NCBI GenBank assembly: GCA_945881845.1
Contig: CAMCVN010000002.1
Span: 17,947 to 81,946, forward strand
Length of the DNA stretch: 64,000 nucleotides
Source of the DNA: Bifidobacterium breve
GTDB lineage: Bacteria > Actinomycetota > Thermoleophilia > Solirubrobacterales > Solirubrobacteraceae
Direction: 5' to 3'
Each line of letters opens with the position of its first letter. Positions within the stretch are counted from its first letter, which is position 1. The notes beneath the pieces are model-generated. The model was not told where the DNA came from. It did not search any database and saw only the letters and a program-made list of their open reading frames with translations. The translations under genes were made by a program, and so were the position numbers. Shown here in pieces: positions 27,379 to 36,933 of this stretch.

Positions 27379-28398
27379 CTACGGACTGGTCTCGGAGCCG
27401 AGTCCTTCGCCAGGTAGAAACTCGTTCGTGAACGCCTGCGCGCTGTCGACCGGGCTTGCCAGCAGCTCGTTGCGCTTCATCCAGTCGGCGAAGATCTGCC
27501 ACTGACTCGGCTCCTGCCATCCAAACGGTTTGCGCGCCGCGGGGAAGAGGACCGGCAGCGTTGCCGCAATCGTCGCCGCTGCATCGCGTTTGCTCAGCTT
27601 CGGCGCCGCCGCGCGTAGGACCGTGACCGCTGCAGCAGGGTCGGCTTTGGCGCTCTTCGTGCCGCGTTGGAGCGCGCCGATGAAACGGCGGATCATTGCG
27701 CCGTTGCGTGAGACAGTGTCGTTACGTGCGACCAGCACTAACTCGTCATAGGGAGGAATGCCGGCACGGTCTACCGGCATGATCCGCGGCCGCTTCTTGT
27801 TCAGTCGCAGCTGGACTCCCTCGATGTTCCAGAAGGCGCCGAGTGTCGCGTCAACGCGGCGCGACAGCATCGCTGGCACGAGCTCGAAACCAACGTCGAC
27901 CTTCTTGATCGAGGTTGTGTCGACACCGGCGGCGGAGAGGATCTGATCGAGATACGCGTCCTGGTAGGGGAGCCCGGCTGTACCGATCGTCGCGCCCTCA
28001 AGCTTGCGCGGGTCAACGGTCTTGTCATTAACGCTGATCAGCGAGGTCAGCGGCCGCTGCGCAAGCGCACCGACGGCGAGGATCGCTGCCCCCTTGTCAC
28101 GCGCCATCAGCACTTCCGGCTCGTAGGAGATCGCAAGGTCGGCGCCGCCGCTCTGGAGCAACTTCAGCGGCTGCGAGGGATCGGTTGGCGTGATCAGCTT
28201 GACGTCAAGTCCGACTTTGGCGAATTCGCCGCTTGCTTGCGCGCTATAGAGGCCAACGTGATCGGCGTTCGGCAGATAGTCGAGAACTACGCGAACTGTG
28301 CGCTGCGAAGGGCTCGTGACAACGTCCGTCTTGGCGCCGCAGGCGGTTAGCGTTGCGGCCGCGGCGAGCGTTGCGGCGATGGCGAGTGGTCTGATCAT
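27379..28398 (-). CDS. Lipoprotein, NMT1/THI5-like ABC substrate-binding protein (sulfonate/nitrate/pyrimidine-precursor class)
   Basis: Lipobox ATLTACG. VVLDYLPNADHVGLYSAQASGEFAKVGLDVKLI ... GGADLAISYEPEVL. GAGGA upstream of the ATG. Confidence 0.7.
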   Translation of the reverse strand: MIRPLAIAATLAAAATLTACGAKTDVVTSPSQRTVRVVLDYLPNADHVGLYSAQASGEFAKVGLDVKLITPTDPSQPLKLLQSGGADLAISYEPEVLMARDKGAAILAVGALAQRPLTSLISVNDKTVDPRKLEGATIGTAGLPYQDAYLDQILSAAGVDTTSIKKVDVGFELVPAMLSRRVDATLGAFWNIEGVQLRLNKKRPRIMPVDRAGIPPYDELVLVARNDTVSRNGAMIRRFIGALQRGTKSAKADPAAAVTVLRAAAPKLSKRDAAATIAATLPVLFPAARKPFGWQEPSQWQIFADWMKRNELLASPVDSAQAFTNEFLPGEGLGSETSP

Positions 28399-28584
28399 TG
28401 AGTAGTCCTCGTCGTTTACGATAACGCCGCTGAATGATCATGCCTTGCGAAAAAGCTCCCGCCTGCTACCGTTCGGAGGGTCAATGTCGCGCATAAGCGT
28501 GATGAAAGTAGTGCCAGCGCCCGCACGATTGCCTCACAGCGTCTCCGCGAGTAAGCAGCACACAAAGCCGCGGAGGTTATTTCG

Positions 28585-28788
28585 ATGGCGACTGGAACAG
28601 TTAAGTGGTTTAGTGATGAAAAGGGCTTCGGGTTTATTACGCCTGATGAAGCCGGTAAGGATCTGTTCGTGCACCACTCAGCGATCATGGGCGAGGGCTA
28701 CAAGTCCCTTGCCGAAGGCGCAAAGGTGGAGTTCGAATCAGAAGAGGGCCCTAAGGGTCCGAGCGCTAAGGACGTGCGCGCGATCTAA
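28585..28788 (+). CDS. cspA: Cold-shock protein (CSD)
   Basis: [34 protein letters not shown] with RNP1 and RNP2 motifs. GGAGG upstream. Confidence 0.95.
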   Translation: MATGTVKWFSDEKGFGFITPDEAGKDLFVHHSAIMGEGYKSLAEGAKVEFESEEGPKGPSAKDVRAI

Positions 28789-28825
28789 GGCCCCGTGGCC
28801 CTTGTGGCCACATATGGAGTCTTTG

Positions 28826-28853
28826 CAACGGGTCGCCTTTTGGCGGCCCGTTG
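28826..28853 (+). terminator. Hairpin downstream of cspA (12-bp stem with one G-U pair, UUUU loop); a smaller hairpin GTGGCC-N5-GGCCAC lies at 28795-28811
   Basis: Read directly: caacgggtcgcc tttt ggcggcccgttg. There is no long U tail, so this is only terminator-like. Confidence 0.45.
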
Positions 28854-28885
28854 TCGTTCCGGGGGGCTGAAGTAACATTGCCCCG

Positions 28886-30373
28886 ATGGAGCAACCAAGC
28901 CACGTCGATCTGCTGATCATCGGCGCCGGGCTCTCTGGAATTGGCGCCGCCTGCCGCTTCACCGAAGATCTGCCGCAGAAGAGCTACGCGATCCTCGAAG
29001 CGCGCGATGCCAGCGGCGGCACGTGGGACCTCTTCCGCTACCCCGGTATTCGCTCCGACTCCGACCTTCACACACTCGGCTACCAGTTCAGGCCCTGGAC
29101 CGGCGAGAACGCGATCGTTGACGGCCCTGAAGTGCTCGAGTACATCCGCGATACCGCTGCCGAGTACGGCGTCGATCGCAATATCCGCTATGGCTGCCAC
29201 GTTACGTCTGCGAGCTGGGACAGCAAGGAGGCGATCTGGACAGTCGAGGCAACGCAGCGAGGCGAGGCGATCACGGTCACCTGCGGCTGGCTCTTCAGCG
29301 CCAGCGGCTACTTCCGCTACGACCACGGCTACCAGCCGCACTTTGAAGGGCAGGAGCGTTTTTCCGGCCAGATCATCCACCCACAGGGCTGGCCCGAGGA
29401 TCTCGACTACGCGGGCAAGAAGGTCGTTGTGATCGGAAGCGGCGCGACAGCCGTCACGCTCGTGCCAGCGTTGGCAGAGCAGGCAGCCCACGTAACGATG
29501 CTGCAGCGCTCGCCAAGCTACGTGATCAGCGTGCCGCGCAAAGATGCGGTCGCCAACCTTCTCAATCGGCTGCTTCCTGAAGATCTTGCCTCGAGAATCA
29601 CCTGGCGCAAGAACGTCTGGCGCCAGCGCTTCGTCTTCAAACTTGCAAAGTCGCAACCAAAGCTCGTTAAGCGCTTCCTGCGTTGGTCGGTCAGTCAGCA
29701 GCTCCCAGACGATTACGAGATCGACCGCCACTTTGCGCCCGACTACGACCCCTGGGATCAGCGCCTCTGCGCCGTTCCCAGCGGTGATCTCTTCAAGAGC
29801 CTCTCTAGGGGCGACTGCTCTGTCGTGACCGACCAGATCGCCAGCTTCACTGAGGATGGGATCGAGCTAGCCAGTGGCGAACGGCTCGAAGCAGAGATCA
29901 TCGTCACTGCGACCGGCCTTGAGCTGCTGGCCTTTGGAGGCATTGATCTGACCGTTGACGGCTCACAGGTAGAGCTTCCCGAGATGCTGACCTACAAGGG
30001 GTCAATGCTCAGCGAGGTTCCCAACTTCGCTTTTGCGATGGGCAACTACAACGTCTCGCTGACGCTGAAAGTCGGGATCGTGATCGATTACATCTGCCGT
30101 GTAATTGGCTACATGGATCGCAATCGCTTTGACAAGTGCACGGCGATCAACCCCGACCCCTCGCAGCAGACGCGGCCGATGCTCGACTTTGGCGCCGGCT
30201 ACGTCAACCGCTCGCTGCACCTCTTCCCGCGTCAGGGTTCGATCGAACACTGGGAGATGAGTCAAGACCTCGCCCGCGATCAGCGCGAGCTGGCGAGCGA
30301 ACTGACGGCCGATGGCGCGCTCCACTTCGAGCGCGTCGGCGCAGATGCCGCGCGCACCGGCGTCGCCGCGTAG
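28886..30373 (+). CDS. Flavin-dependent Baeyer-Villiger monooxygenase (EthA-like)
   Basis: FAD site GAGLSGIG, FRYPGIRSDS, BVMO fingerprint FSGQIIHPQGWP, NADP site GSGATAV. Confidence 0.85.
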   Translation: MEQPSHVDLLIIGAGLSGIGAACRFTEDLPQKSYAILEARDASGGTWDLFRYPGIRSDSDLHTLGYQFRPWTGENAIVDGPEVLEYIRDTAAEYGVDRNIRYGCHVTSASWDSKEAIWTVEATQRGEAITVTCGWLFSASGYFRYDHGYQPHFEGQERFSGQIIHPQGWPEDLDYAGKKVVVIGSGATAVTLVPALAEQAAHVTMLQRSPSYVISVPRKDAVANLLNRLLPEDLASRITWRKNVWRQRFVFKLAKSQPKLVKRFLRWSVSQQLPDDYEIDRHFAPDYDPWDQRLCAVPSGDLFKSLSRGDCSVVTDQIASFTEDGIELASGERLEAEIIVTATGLELLAFGGIDLTVDGSQVELPEMLTYKGSMLSEVPNFAFAMGNYNVSLTLKVGIVIDYICRVIGYMDRNRFDKCTAINPDPSQQTRPMLDFGAGYVNRSLHLFPRQGSIEHWEMSQDLARDQRELASELTADGALHFERVGADAARTGVAA

Positions 30374-30401
30374 ATTCCGTCCGCGCTCTTGGATTCAGCC
30401 T

Positions 30402-31871
30402 CTAAGGCCGAGTAGCTTCAGGCGCCGTCAGAACCTTGACGAAGTTCTCGAGCTGCGCCGTCGTCCAGCACTCGTAGGCCTCGCAGTACTGGGCGTAGGT
30501 GTCGATCACCGAGTCGCCGTAGTTCCAGTAGAGCCGCGGCTCCGGGTTGAGCCAGTAGGTGCGGCCGGCTCGCGCCGCGATCTGGGCGAAGAGGTCGGCG
30601 CCAGGTGCGCGGCCATTGGTGCGTGCGTCGCCGAGCACGATCACGGTCGCGCGCGGGTGAAGCTCATCTTGAATCTGTTCGAGCAGCTCGCCCCAAACGC
30701 GGCCGTAGTCGGTGTAGCCGGAGATGTCGGCGACGCCGGCGTCGCGGGCGATCGCCTCACTGACGGCCTTGAAGTCGCGCTCGCGCTCGAAGACCTCGGT
30801 CACTTCGCTGACGCGTTCAATGAAGACGAACGAGCGCATCTTGCGGAACGAGTCGTGTAGTGCGTGCATCACGGAGAGAAAGAAGACCGAGGCGCTGGTG
30901 ACGCTCGTTGAGACGTCGCAGATCACGAACAGCTCCGGTCGGCGCGGGCGCACGGGGCGGTACCGCAGCGTGATAGGCACGCCGCCGGTCTGTAGCGAGG
31001 CGCGCATCGTGCGGCGGATGTCGACCTGGGCGTGGCGGCGATGGCCGCGGTGCTCCTGGCCTTGCGTCTTCAATCTGCGTTTCAGTTGCGTTACGACGCG
31101 GTGAACGCTGGCCAAGTCCTGAAGCGGCCCGCTCGGCAAGGCTCGGTCAAGCTCATGCAGCGGCCGCGCCGCAGGAAGTGAGGAGGTCCGTTCGATCTGT
31201 TGACGCTCCAGCTCCTGGCGCAGTAGCTGCTCGAAGCGGCGGATGCCCTCGCGCGGCAGCCCTTCGGCGCGCGGATCATCCTGCGGTACGCCTTCCTGCG
31301 GGTCGGTCCGCAGCCCGAGCGCACGGCGGATTCGCTGCACGTCAACGCCGAGCACGCCGGAGCCCTCGCCAGGCTGAGCGAAGGCCGCGATCGAGAGCCG
31401 CGCAAGATCGCGAAGCGCACTCTCGTTCTGCTCCGCGATCGCGCGTGCGATCTGCTCCCGCAGCGCCTCGGTGTCGATCTCAGAGTTGCCTCCGCCCTCG
31501 CCTTCGCCTTCGCCTTCGCCGCTGCCCGCTTCACCGATCCCGGTCGTCAGCGCGGCAAGCTCGGTCGCGCGGAAGAAGAAGCGTTCAAAGACAAGGTCGA
31601 AGATCGCGCGGTCCTCGGGCGATTTGGCGAGCGTCGTGGCGAGCGTTTCGCGGAAGAGCGTCCGCTCGTTCCAAGCAACCTCGGGTAGTGCGCTGAAGGC
31701 ATCGAGCAGCTCACTTGTGCCGAGCGCAACGCCCTCGCCGCGAAGCTCTTCGCCAAACTCGACTAGGTGCGCCGTCAGGCCAGCGTCGAGCGGGTTCTCG
31801 AGCGGCTCAGAGAACAGCGCCGCGCGCCGTGATGCCTCGCGCGACGGACGTTTGTCAGGAGGAGGCGGCAC
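30402..31871 (-). CDS. VWA-domain protein, CoxE-like
   Basis: ORF 30402-32117 trimmed to GTG 31871, which overlaps the MoxR stop by 17 nt (start uncertain). LFVICDVSTSV (MIDAS-like), VIVLGDARTNG, YWLNPEPRLYWNYGDS. Confidence 0.75.
   Translation of the reverse strand: MPPPPDKRPSREASRRAALFSEPLENPLDAGLTAHLVEFGEELRGEGVALGTSELLDAFSALPEVAWNERTLFRETLATTLAKSPEDRAIFDLVFERFFFRATELAALTTGIGEAGSGEGEGEGEGGGNSEIDTEALREQIARAIAEQNESALRDLARLSIAAFAQPGEGSGVLGVDVQRIRRALGLRTDPQEGVPQDDPRAEGLPREGIRRFEQLLRQELERQQIERTSSLPAARPLHELDRALPSGPLQDLASVHRVVTQLKRRLKTQGQEHRGHRRHAQVDIRRTMRASLQTGGVPITLRYRPVRPRRPELFVICDVSTSVTSASVFFLSVMHALHDSFRKMRSFVFIERVSEVTEVFERERDFKAVSEAIARDAGVADISGYTDYGRVWGELLEQIQDELHPRATVIVLGDARTNGRAPGADLFAQIAARAGRTYWLNPEPRLYWNYGDSVIDTYAQYCEAYECWTTAQLENFVKVLTAPEATRP
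31494..31523. repeat. Hexanucleotide tandem repeat (GCCYTC)x4-5 inside the VWA gene, encoding a GEGEGEGEG tract on the minus strand
   Basis: Read directly: gccctc gccttc gccttc gccttc gccgct. Confidence 0.9.
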
Positions 31872-32757
31872 TGCTGCCGTCCTCAGCGCTGTCGAGCTTG
31901 ACGCCGACGCGCTCGGCGACGATGTCGATATCGGTGCGGTGCTTGACGATGATTGACATCGTCTCGTTGAAGGTCTTGCTGTCGATGTCGGTCGCGCCAA
32001 GTAGTAGCAGCGCGCGCGCCCAATCGATCGATTCGGCGATCGACGGTGGCTTCTTGAGGTCAAGATCGCGCACCATCGCGATGACCTCGACGAGGCGGCG
32101 GGAGATCTTCTCGTCAAGCTCAGGGGCGTGGAGACGGACGATCTTCAGCTCATGCTCGAGCGACGGGTAATCGATCCAGAGGTAGAGGCAGCGGCGCTTT
32201 AGCGCCTCGGTCAGCTCGCGCGAGTTGTTTGAGGTCAGCAGCACCAGCGGCATCGTGCTCGCTTCGATCCGGCCCAGCTCAGGAATTGAGATCTGGAAGT
32301 CGGAGAGCAGCTCCAGCAGCATCGCTTCGAACTCCTGGTCGGTCTTGTCGATCTCATCGATCAGCAGTACGACAGGGTCGGGCGATGCGATCGCCGTCAT
32401 CAGTGGCCGTTCGAGTAGGAACTCCTCACCGAAGATGTCGTCCTGGACCTCGGTCCAGCCGGTGTCCTGCGCTTCGGCTTGGATCCGCAGCAGCTGCTTG
32501 CGGTAGTTCCACTCGTAGAGCGCCTTCGCTTCGTCGAGCCCTTCGTAGCACTGAAGGCGAACCAGCTCACGGCCGAGCGTCTCAGCCAGCGACTTGGCCA
32601 GCTGCGTCTTACCAACGCCAGCAGGGCCTTCAACGAGGATCGGCTTGCCGAGTTTGATCGCGAGAAAGGCGACCAGCGCCGTCGCGTCATCGGGCAGGTA
32701 GCCGACGTCAATCAGGCCGGCGCTGACTTCTTCTGGGCGGTCGGGCGTAGTGGGCAT
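31855..32757 (-). CDS. MoxR-family AAA+ ATPase (CoxD-like)
   Basis: Walker A GPAGVGKT, LQCYEGLDEAKALYEWNY, Walker B VLLIDEIDK. Confidence 0.85.
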   Translation of the reverse strand: MPTTPDRPEEVSAGLIDVGYLPDDATALVAFLAIKLGKPILVEGPAGVGKTQLAKSLAETLGRELVRLQCYEGLDEAKALYEWNYRKQLLRIQAEAQDTGWTEVQDDIFGEEFLLERPLMTAIASPDPVVLLIDEIDKTDQEFEAMLLELLSDFQISIPELGRIEASTMPLVLLTSNNSRELTEALKRRCLYLWIDYPSLEHELKIVRLHAPELDEKISRRLVEVIAMVRDLDLKKPPSIAESIDWARALLLLGATDIDSKTFNETMSIIVKHRTDIDIVAERVGVKLDSAEDGSSAASS

Positions 32758-32802
32758 CGTCAGCGGATAATAGGTCTCGTGGGCGGGAAGCTCTGCAGCG
32801 CC

Positions 32803-33531
32803 CTAGCCGCCGGGAGTTTCCTCGCTTGCGTCTTCAAACGAAAGCTGGCCTTCGAGCGGGGCTGGGGGAGGGCTCGACTTGGCTCGCGGATGCTCGGCAG
32901 AGGGCGGCGCCGTAGCTACTGGCACGGGCGCTGACTGCGGTTTGCTGAGCGGCACCGCACTGACGACCGAGTTGGGGTCGCCTTCGACCGTCGGTGAATG
33001 CGGGTCATCGCCGTCGAGCAGCGGCTCGGGGCGGTGGTGGGCGTGCAGCTGCCAGCCCGCGTAGACGATCACGGCGCCGAGCAGGAAGGCGACGAAGATG
33101 CCCCAGTCAACGCCTACCGAGCCCCATGACGGGCTGCCGACTGGCCGCAGGACGCCGGAGTCGTTGCCGCTAGGGCGATCGAGCTGGCGGTAGAAGATCA
33201 GGAACATCACCCATGCTCCCGCCGCCATCAGGATGATCCCGTCCCCACCCGGAAGGTGGAAGGCACGAAGGTCGGCGCGCGCAGCGCAGAGCACGATCAC
33301 GCCAAGCGCGACGAGCAGGATCGAGGCCTCAACGAAGCCCCAAGATTGGAAGGCGTTGAAGGAGTCGCTCAGCTCTGTCGGTGCCTGGCCGGGGCGCGTG
33401 ACGAAGCCGTCCTGCTGATACCAAGGCAGCAGCATTGAGAGCAGCAAGCCGATCGCCGCCGCGGTTGCCAACTTCTGTTCGCTGTAGAGCGTCCCCCAGG
33501 CGCCGCGCAGCTTCGGCGCGGCCGTACTCAC
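32803..33531 (-). CDS. Membrane protein (about four TM helices) with Pro-rich acidic C-terminal tail, function unknown
   Basis: Helices ATAAAIGLLLSMLLPWY, ASILLVALGVIVLCAA, IILMAAGAWVMFLIFY, IFVAFLLGAVIVYAGW. 4-nt overlap with the upstream EVE gene. Confidence 0.6.
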   Translation of the reverse strand: MSTAAPKLRGAWGTLYSEQKLATAAAIGLLLSMLLPWYQQDGFVTRPGQAPTELSDSFNAFQSWGFVEASILLVALGVIVLCAARADLRAFHLPGGDGIILMAAGAWVMFLIFYRQLDRPSGNDSGVLRPVGSPSWGSVGVDWGIFVAFLLGAVIVYAGWQLHAHHRPEPLLDGDDPHSPTVEGDPNSVVSAVPLSKPQSAPVPVATAPPSAEHPRAKSSPPPAPLEGQLSFEDASEETPGG

Positions 33532-33992
33532 GCTGCCGCGCCGGCCGCTACCCGCATTCGCTCCATCAGCAGGTCGCTATCGGCGTCGCTGACGGTCCTC
33601 AGCTGGCCTTGGAAGGCAAGCTTCCAGTGCTCTGCGGGCCACTTGCCGATGTGTTCGAGTTCGTCCTTGACGCTTTCGGCGGGAACCCAATCGGCCTCTT
33701 CGACGATCAACTCCGGCTCCGTGTTTCGACGCCATGGGTAGGGGTCGGGACTGCCGGGCTTGCCGGGCCAAACCGGCTCGCGGTCCTCGAACAGATCGGA
33801 GCTAATGACTACCGATCCGCCGAAGGCCATCACCTTTGTCAGGTAGAAGATGATCCGGTCGCCGACCTCCATCGACAGCGCCTGTTTGCGCCGTCGCTCC
33901 TTAAAACCGATCAGTTTGAAGCCAAGCTCGCTGGTGACGGCAAAGTTGTCGACCGAGCCGGTCAGGATCCAAGTCGTTGGGGCTTCGGGCAC
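33528..33992 (-). CDS. EVE (PUA-like) domain protein
   Basis: TWILTGSVDNFAVTSELGF ... MEVGDRIIFYLTKVMAFGG ... DREPVWPG ... YPWRR fits the small EVE/ASCH-like pattern. Confidence 0.5.
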   Translation of the reverse strand: MPEAPTTWILTGSVDNFAVTSELGFKLIGFKERRRKQALSMEVGDRIIFYLTKVMAFGGSVVISSDLFEDREPVWPGKPGSPDPYPWRRNTEPELIVEEADWVPAESVKDELEHIGKWPAEHWKLAFQGQLRTVSDADSDLLMERMRVAAGAAA

Positions 33993-34028
33993 AGCGCCAT
34001 TGTAAGGGTCGCTCCGCTGGAGTCGCGC

Positions 34029-35354
34029 TCAGCGCGGCGCTGGGGATGGGGCGGTTGTGCCCAAGCGTTTGTAGAGATAGTCGGTGAAGCGCTTCGTCAT
34101 CACGCAATAGGGCCCGGGATCTGGCCAATTCTTGAAGTCGGTAAAGACCGCGGTAGGGCCCTTCTTCTCGCGCAGGGCGATCGTCTCACGCTGCCTATCG
34201 GCCGTCATCACATCGCAGAGGCCGCGGAGGAAGTCGCGCAACAGCTCGTGGTAGCCCAGCGGTGAGAGCGAACCCGGCTCGTAGTACGACCATGAGCCGC
34301 TGTTCGAGAGGGGAAGCTCATAACGGCCGCGGCTCTGACCTTCGAGCCAGAGCCTGCGCGCGGTCTTGCTGCCGCTGAGGTCGGCGAGGTCGTGGAGCCC
34401 GCGCAGTGCCTGGTAGAACTGGTTATAGATCCGCTGGCCTGGCGCGTACGAGTAGCCGAGGTAGTGCGAGCCATGCGCCAACTTCAGTCGTACGCCGCTC
34501 GGTGGAGCGGTGCGGAAGATGCCAACGCCACGCTTGGCGAGCGTCATCAGCGAGCGGTCCTTGAAGCGGTCTGAAGTTCGCGCTAGCGCTTGGATTGCCG
34601 TGCCCTGCGCCATTCCGCTGACCCAAGGTGGTCGGCCACCTCCGAACTGGAAGAGGTACTCCCAAGCGACTCCGCCGGCGCGGCTAGCGGCCAGCTTGCT
34701 GACCTCTTTGGCCAGCCTGCGCAGCTCCGCGGACTTGCTCTCTGCCGTCCAGAGCGCATTCATGTAGCCAAATGTGCCGAGCCACTGGATCTGCAGTCCT
34801 TGGCCTGGGTAGGCCTGCCAGACCAGCTCGCTGCCGGAAAAGCCAACGCGCTGGCCGTAGCTCAGCGACGATCCGTTCGTCCACCACTCAGCGTTGCGGC
34901 GCAGCGTCTCGGTTAGAGCCGGCAGCCGTGAGGAGGTTGCCAGTCCGCCTTTTGCCATGCGGTCGAAGTTTGCGATCACCGCTCGCAGCTCACGTCGGCG
35001 CTGGCCAGTCAACCGTCCAGCAGCATTGCGAGCGCTGCTGATTGCAGCCTTGTAGGCCGCGCGCGTCGTGGCACTGATTGCACCGCCAGCGGCGAGCTTT
35101 GCAACCGCGGCGTCGAGGTTTGCTGACGATGCCGTCTGCGCTGGGATTGTCGCCGCTGAGGCGACGTTCAGCTGGCGCCCGGGGTACTCGGGTAGCTGGC
35201 TGCTCGGGCCACTCGGTATCAGCGGGTTTTGGCGCGCAGTGACGTTCCCGCTCTGGTCGAGAATGAGAATCGTTGAGGCGTTGGCACTCGCCGCGCCACA
35301 GAGGGCGAGCGTGACGAGCGCCGACGCGACGCAAAAAACAGGCGTACGGCGCAC
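34029..35354 (-). CDS. Secreted protein, D-glucuronyl C5-epimerase C-terminal-domain-like
   Basis: Signal peptide VTLALCGAASANAS. WVSGMAQGTAIQALARTS and NQFYQALRGLHDLADL segments resemble the C5-epimerase family. Confidence 0.4.
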   Translation of the reverse strand: MRRTPVFCVASALVTLALCGAASANASTILILDQSGNVTARQNPLIPSGPSSQLPEYPGRQLNVASAATIPAQTASSANLDAAVAKLAAGGAISATTRAAYKAAISSARNAAGRLTGQRRRELRAVIANFDRMAKGGLATSSRLPALTETLRRNAEWWTNGSSLSYGQRVGFSGSELVWQAYPGQGLQIQWLGTFGYMNALWTAESKSAELRRLAKEVSKLAASRAGGVAWEYLFQFGGGRPPWVSGMAQGTAIQALARTSDRFKDRSLMTLAKRGVGIFRTAPPSGVRLKLAHGSHYLGYSYAPGQRIYNQFYQALRGLHDLADLSGSKTARRLWLEGQSRGRYELPLSNSGSWSYYEPGSLSPLGYHELLRDFLRGLCDVMTADRQRETIALREKKGPTAVFTDFKNWPDPGPYCVMTKRFTDYLYKRLGTTAPSPAPR

Positions 35355-35480
35355 GTCAAGAAGCCTAGAGAGGTCCCATTAGCTTGGTCGCAGTTGCCGT
35401 TGCAGACGGGCGGCTTTGGTGTTCGCGGCTACGGCTGGGCAGCCGGGGTCGACAGCGGCGCAACGTATGCTCTACGCCCG

Positions 35481-36617
35481 ATGAACGCCCAGCCGCCAGC
35501 CAATCCGTCGATCTTTCGGCGCCTGCTCGAGGCCGCAGGCTGGCCGATTCTGCTGGTTGTCTTCATTCCGATCGCAGTAATCCTTCAATACGGCGGTGGC
35601 AGCTCGACGGCGATCTTCATCACGGCAGCGCTGGGAGTGATTCCAACGGCCGCGCTGATGGGCCGCGCGACGGAGGAGCTCGCGGCCCGCTCAGGCCCCG
35701 GTATCGGTGGGCTGCTGAACGTAACCTTCGGCAATGCGCCCGAGCTGATCATCGCTCTCGTGGCGCTCAACGCTGGGCTTCAGGAGGTCGTCAAGGCCTC
35801 GATCGCAGGTTCGATCATCGGCAACATTTTGCTCGTGCTCGGCGCCTCGATGTTCTTCGGTGGCTGGGGCCGCGACGAGCAGAAGTTCAGCGCCCGAGCC
35901 GCCAGCGCGCAGACCTCGATGCTCTTTCTCGCGGTGGCCGCGATCGTTATGCCAGCGGTCTACGAGCTGGTGGTCGGCAGTGGCCTACCGAAGCCCAACG
36001 AAGTGATCGTTAACTACGACTCAAGTGTTGAGACGCTCTCGCTTGTCGTTGCAGGCGTGCTGCTGATCGCCTACGGAGCTGGGCTCGTCTTCTCGCTCAA
36101 GACGCACCGCCGCATCTTCAATCCGGAGCCGGCCGACTTGGAGGCGGTCGGTGCGTCGTGGAGCGTCAAGAAGTCGGTGATCGCGCTGGCGATTGCCGGT
36201 ATCGCGGTTGCGGCAATGTCGGAGATTCTCGTCGGCTCGATCGAAGAGACGGCGCAGAAGCTCGACATCAGCGAGTTCTTCATCGGCGCGATCGTCGTCG
36301 CGATCGTCGGCAACGCGGCCGAGCATTGGGTTGCGGTGCTAGCGGCACGGAAGGATCAGATGAACCTCGCGGTCAACATCTCGATCGGTTCGAGCGCTCA
36401 GATCGCACTCTTCGTGGCGCCGGTGCTGATCCTCGCCTCACACGTGATCGGGCCACACCCAATGGCGCTGGTATTCAATGGCTTTGAGCTCGCAGCTTTG
36501 GTTCTCTCGGCCCTGCTCGCCAGCCAAGTCACGCAGGACGGTCGCTCAAACTGGTTCGAAGGGCTCCAACTGTTGGCCGTCTACGTGATCATCGCCTTCT
36601 CTTTCTTCATCGCCTGA
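35481..36617 (+). CDS. Ca2+/H+ antiporter (CaCA/CAX family)
   Basis: ORF 35394-36617 trimmed to ATG 35481. Alpha-repeats [10 protein letters not shown] and [10 protein letters not shown]. Polytopic membrane protein. Confidence 0.85.
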   Translation: MNAQPPANPSIFRRLLEAAGWPILLVVFIPIAVILQYGGGSSTAIFITAALGVIPTAALMGRATEELAARSGPGIGGLLNVTFGNAPELIIALVALNAGLQEVVKASIAGSIIGNILLVLGASMFFGGWGRDEQKFSARAASAQTSMLFLAVAAIVMPAVYELVVGSGLPKPNEVIVNYDSSVETLSLVVAGVLLIAYGAGLVFSLKTHRRIFNPEPADLEAVGASWSVKKSVIALAIAGIAVAAMSEILVGSIEETAQKLDISEFFIGAIVVAIVGNAAEHWVAVLAARKDQMNLAVNISIGSSAQIALFVAPVLILASHVIGPHPMALVFNGFELAALVLSALLASQVTQDGRSNWFEGLQLLAVYVIIAFSFFIA

Positions 36618-36650
36618 GCGCGGTGGCTAAATGCGTCATGATCGGCCCTC

Positions 36651-36902
36651 GTGCGACTTGATTCGATAACACCGGGTGACATCGTTCGCGTCTCGATCCG
36701 TGGGCGCGTATTCCACGCAGTTGTGCGCGGCAGCGACCCGGCCGGGCTCCAGATCGAGCCGATTGAGCGCGGCATCACGCAGCGCCACGCCAAAGCCCGT
36801 GACATCGTTGAGCACTGGTCGAAGGGCGGTCGTCCGCGCGCTGCTGCGGCCCGCGCCGTCAACCCAGAGCAGCGCTCGCTCGACGATCTGCTCGATCGCT
36901 AG
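36651..36902 (+). CDS. Small hypothetical protein (83 aa)
   Basis: GTG start. Coding-like codon pattern. No family recognised. Confidence 0.45.
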   Translation: MRLDSITPGDIVRVSIRGRVFHAVVRGSDPAGLQIEPIERGITQRHAKARDIVEHWSKGGRPRAAAARAVNPEQRSLDDLLDR

Positions 36903-36921
36903 TCGGCGTCGCTAGTCGGCG
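36898..36921. repeat. Perfect 11-bp direct repeat GCTAGTCGGCG-tc-GCTAGTCGGCG immediately upstream of the PadR gene
   Basis: Read directly. The first copy spans the stop codon of the 83-aa ORF. CATACT, a -10-like hexamer, follows at 36927-36932. Confidence 0.9.
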
Positions 36922-36933
36922 CTCGTCATACTG

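Noticed and set aside
28399-28584. TPP riboswitch upstream of the THI5/NMT1-type binding protein
   Set aside because: The reverse complement contains GCGGGAGC and CATGATC. It lacks the CTGAGA and ACCTGATC...GCCAGCG...AGGGA hallmarks, so it is not a canonical TPP element.
28766-29731. 321-aa minus-strand ORF
   Set aside because: It is antisense to the Baeyer-Villiger monooxygenase, which has clear FAD/NADP/BVMO motifs. This is a shadow frame.
33435-34265. 276-aa plus-strand ORF
   Set aside because: It is antisense to the EVE and C5-epimerase-like genes. The minus-strand frames give protein-like sequences with a signal peptide and domain motifs.
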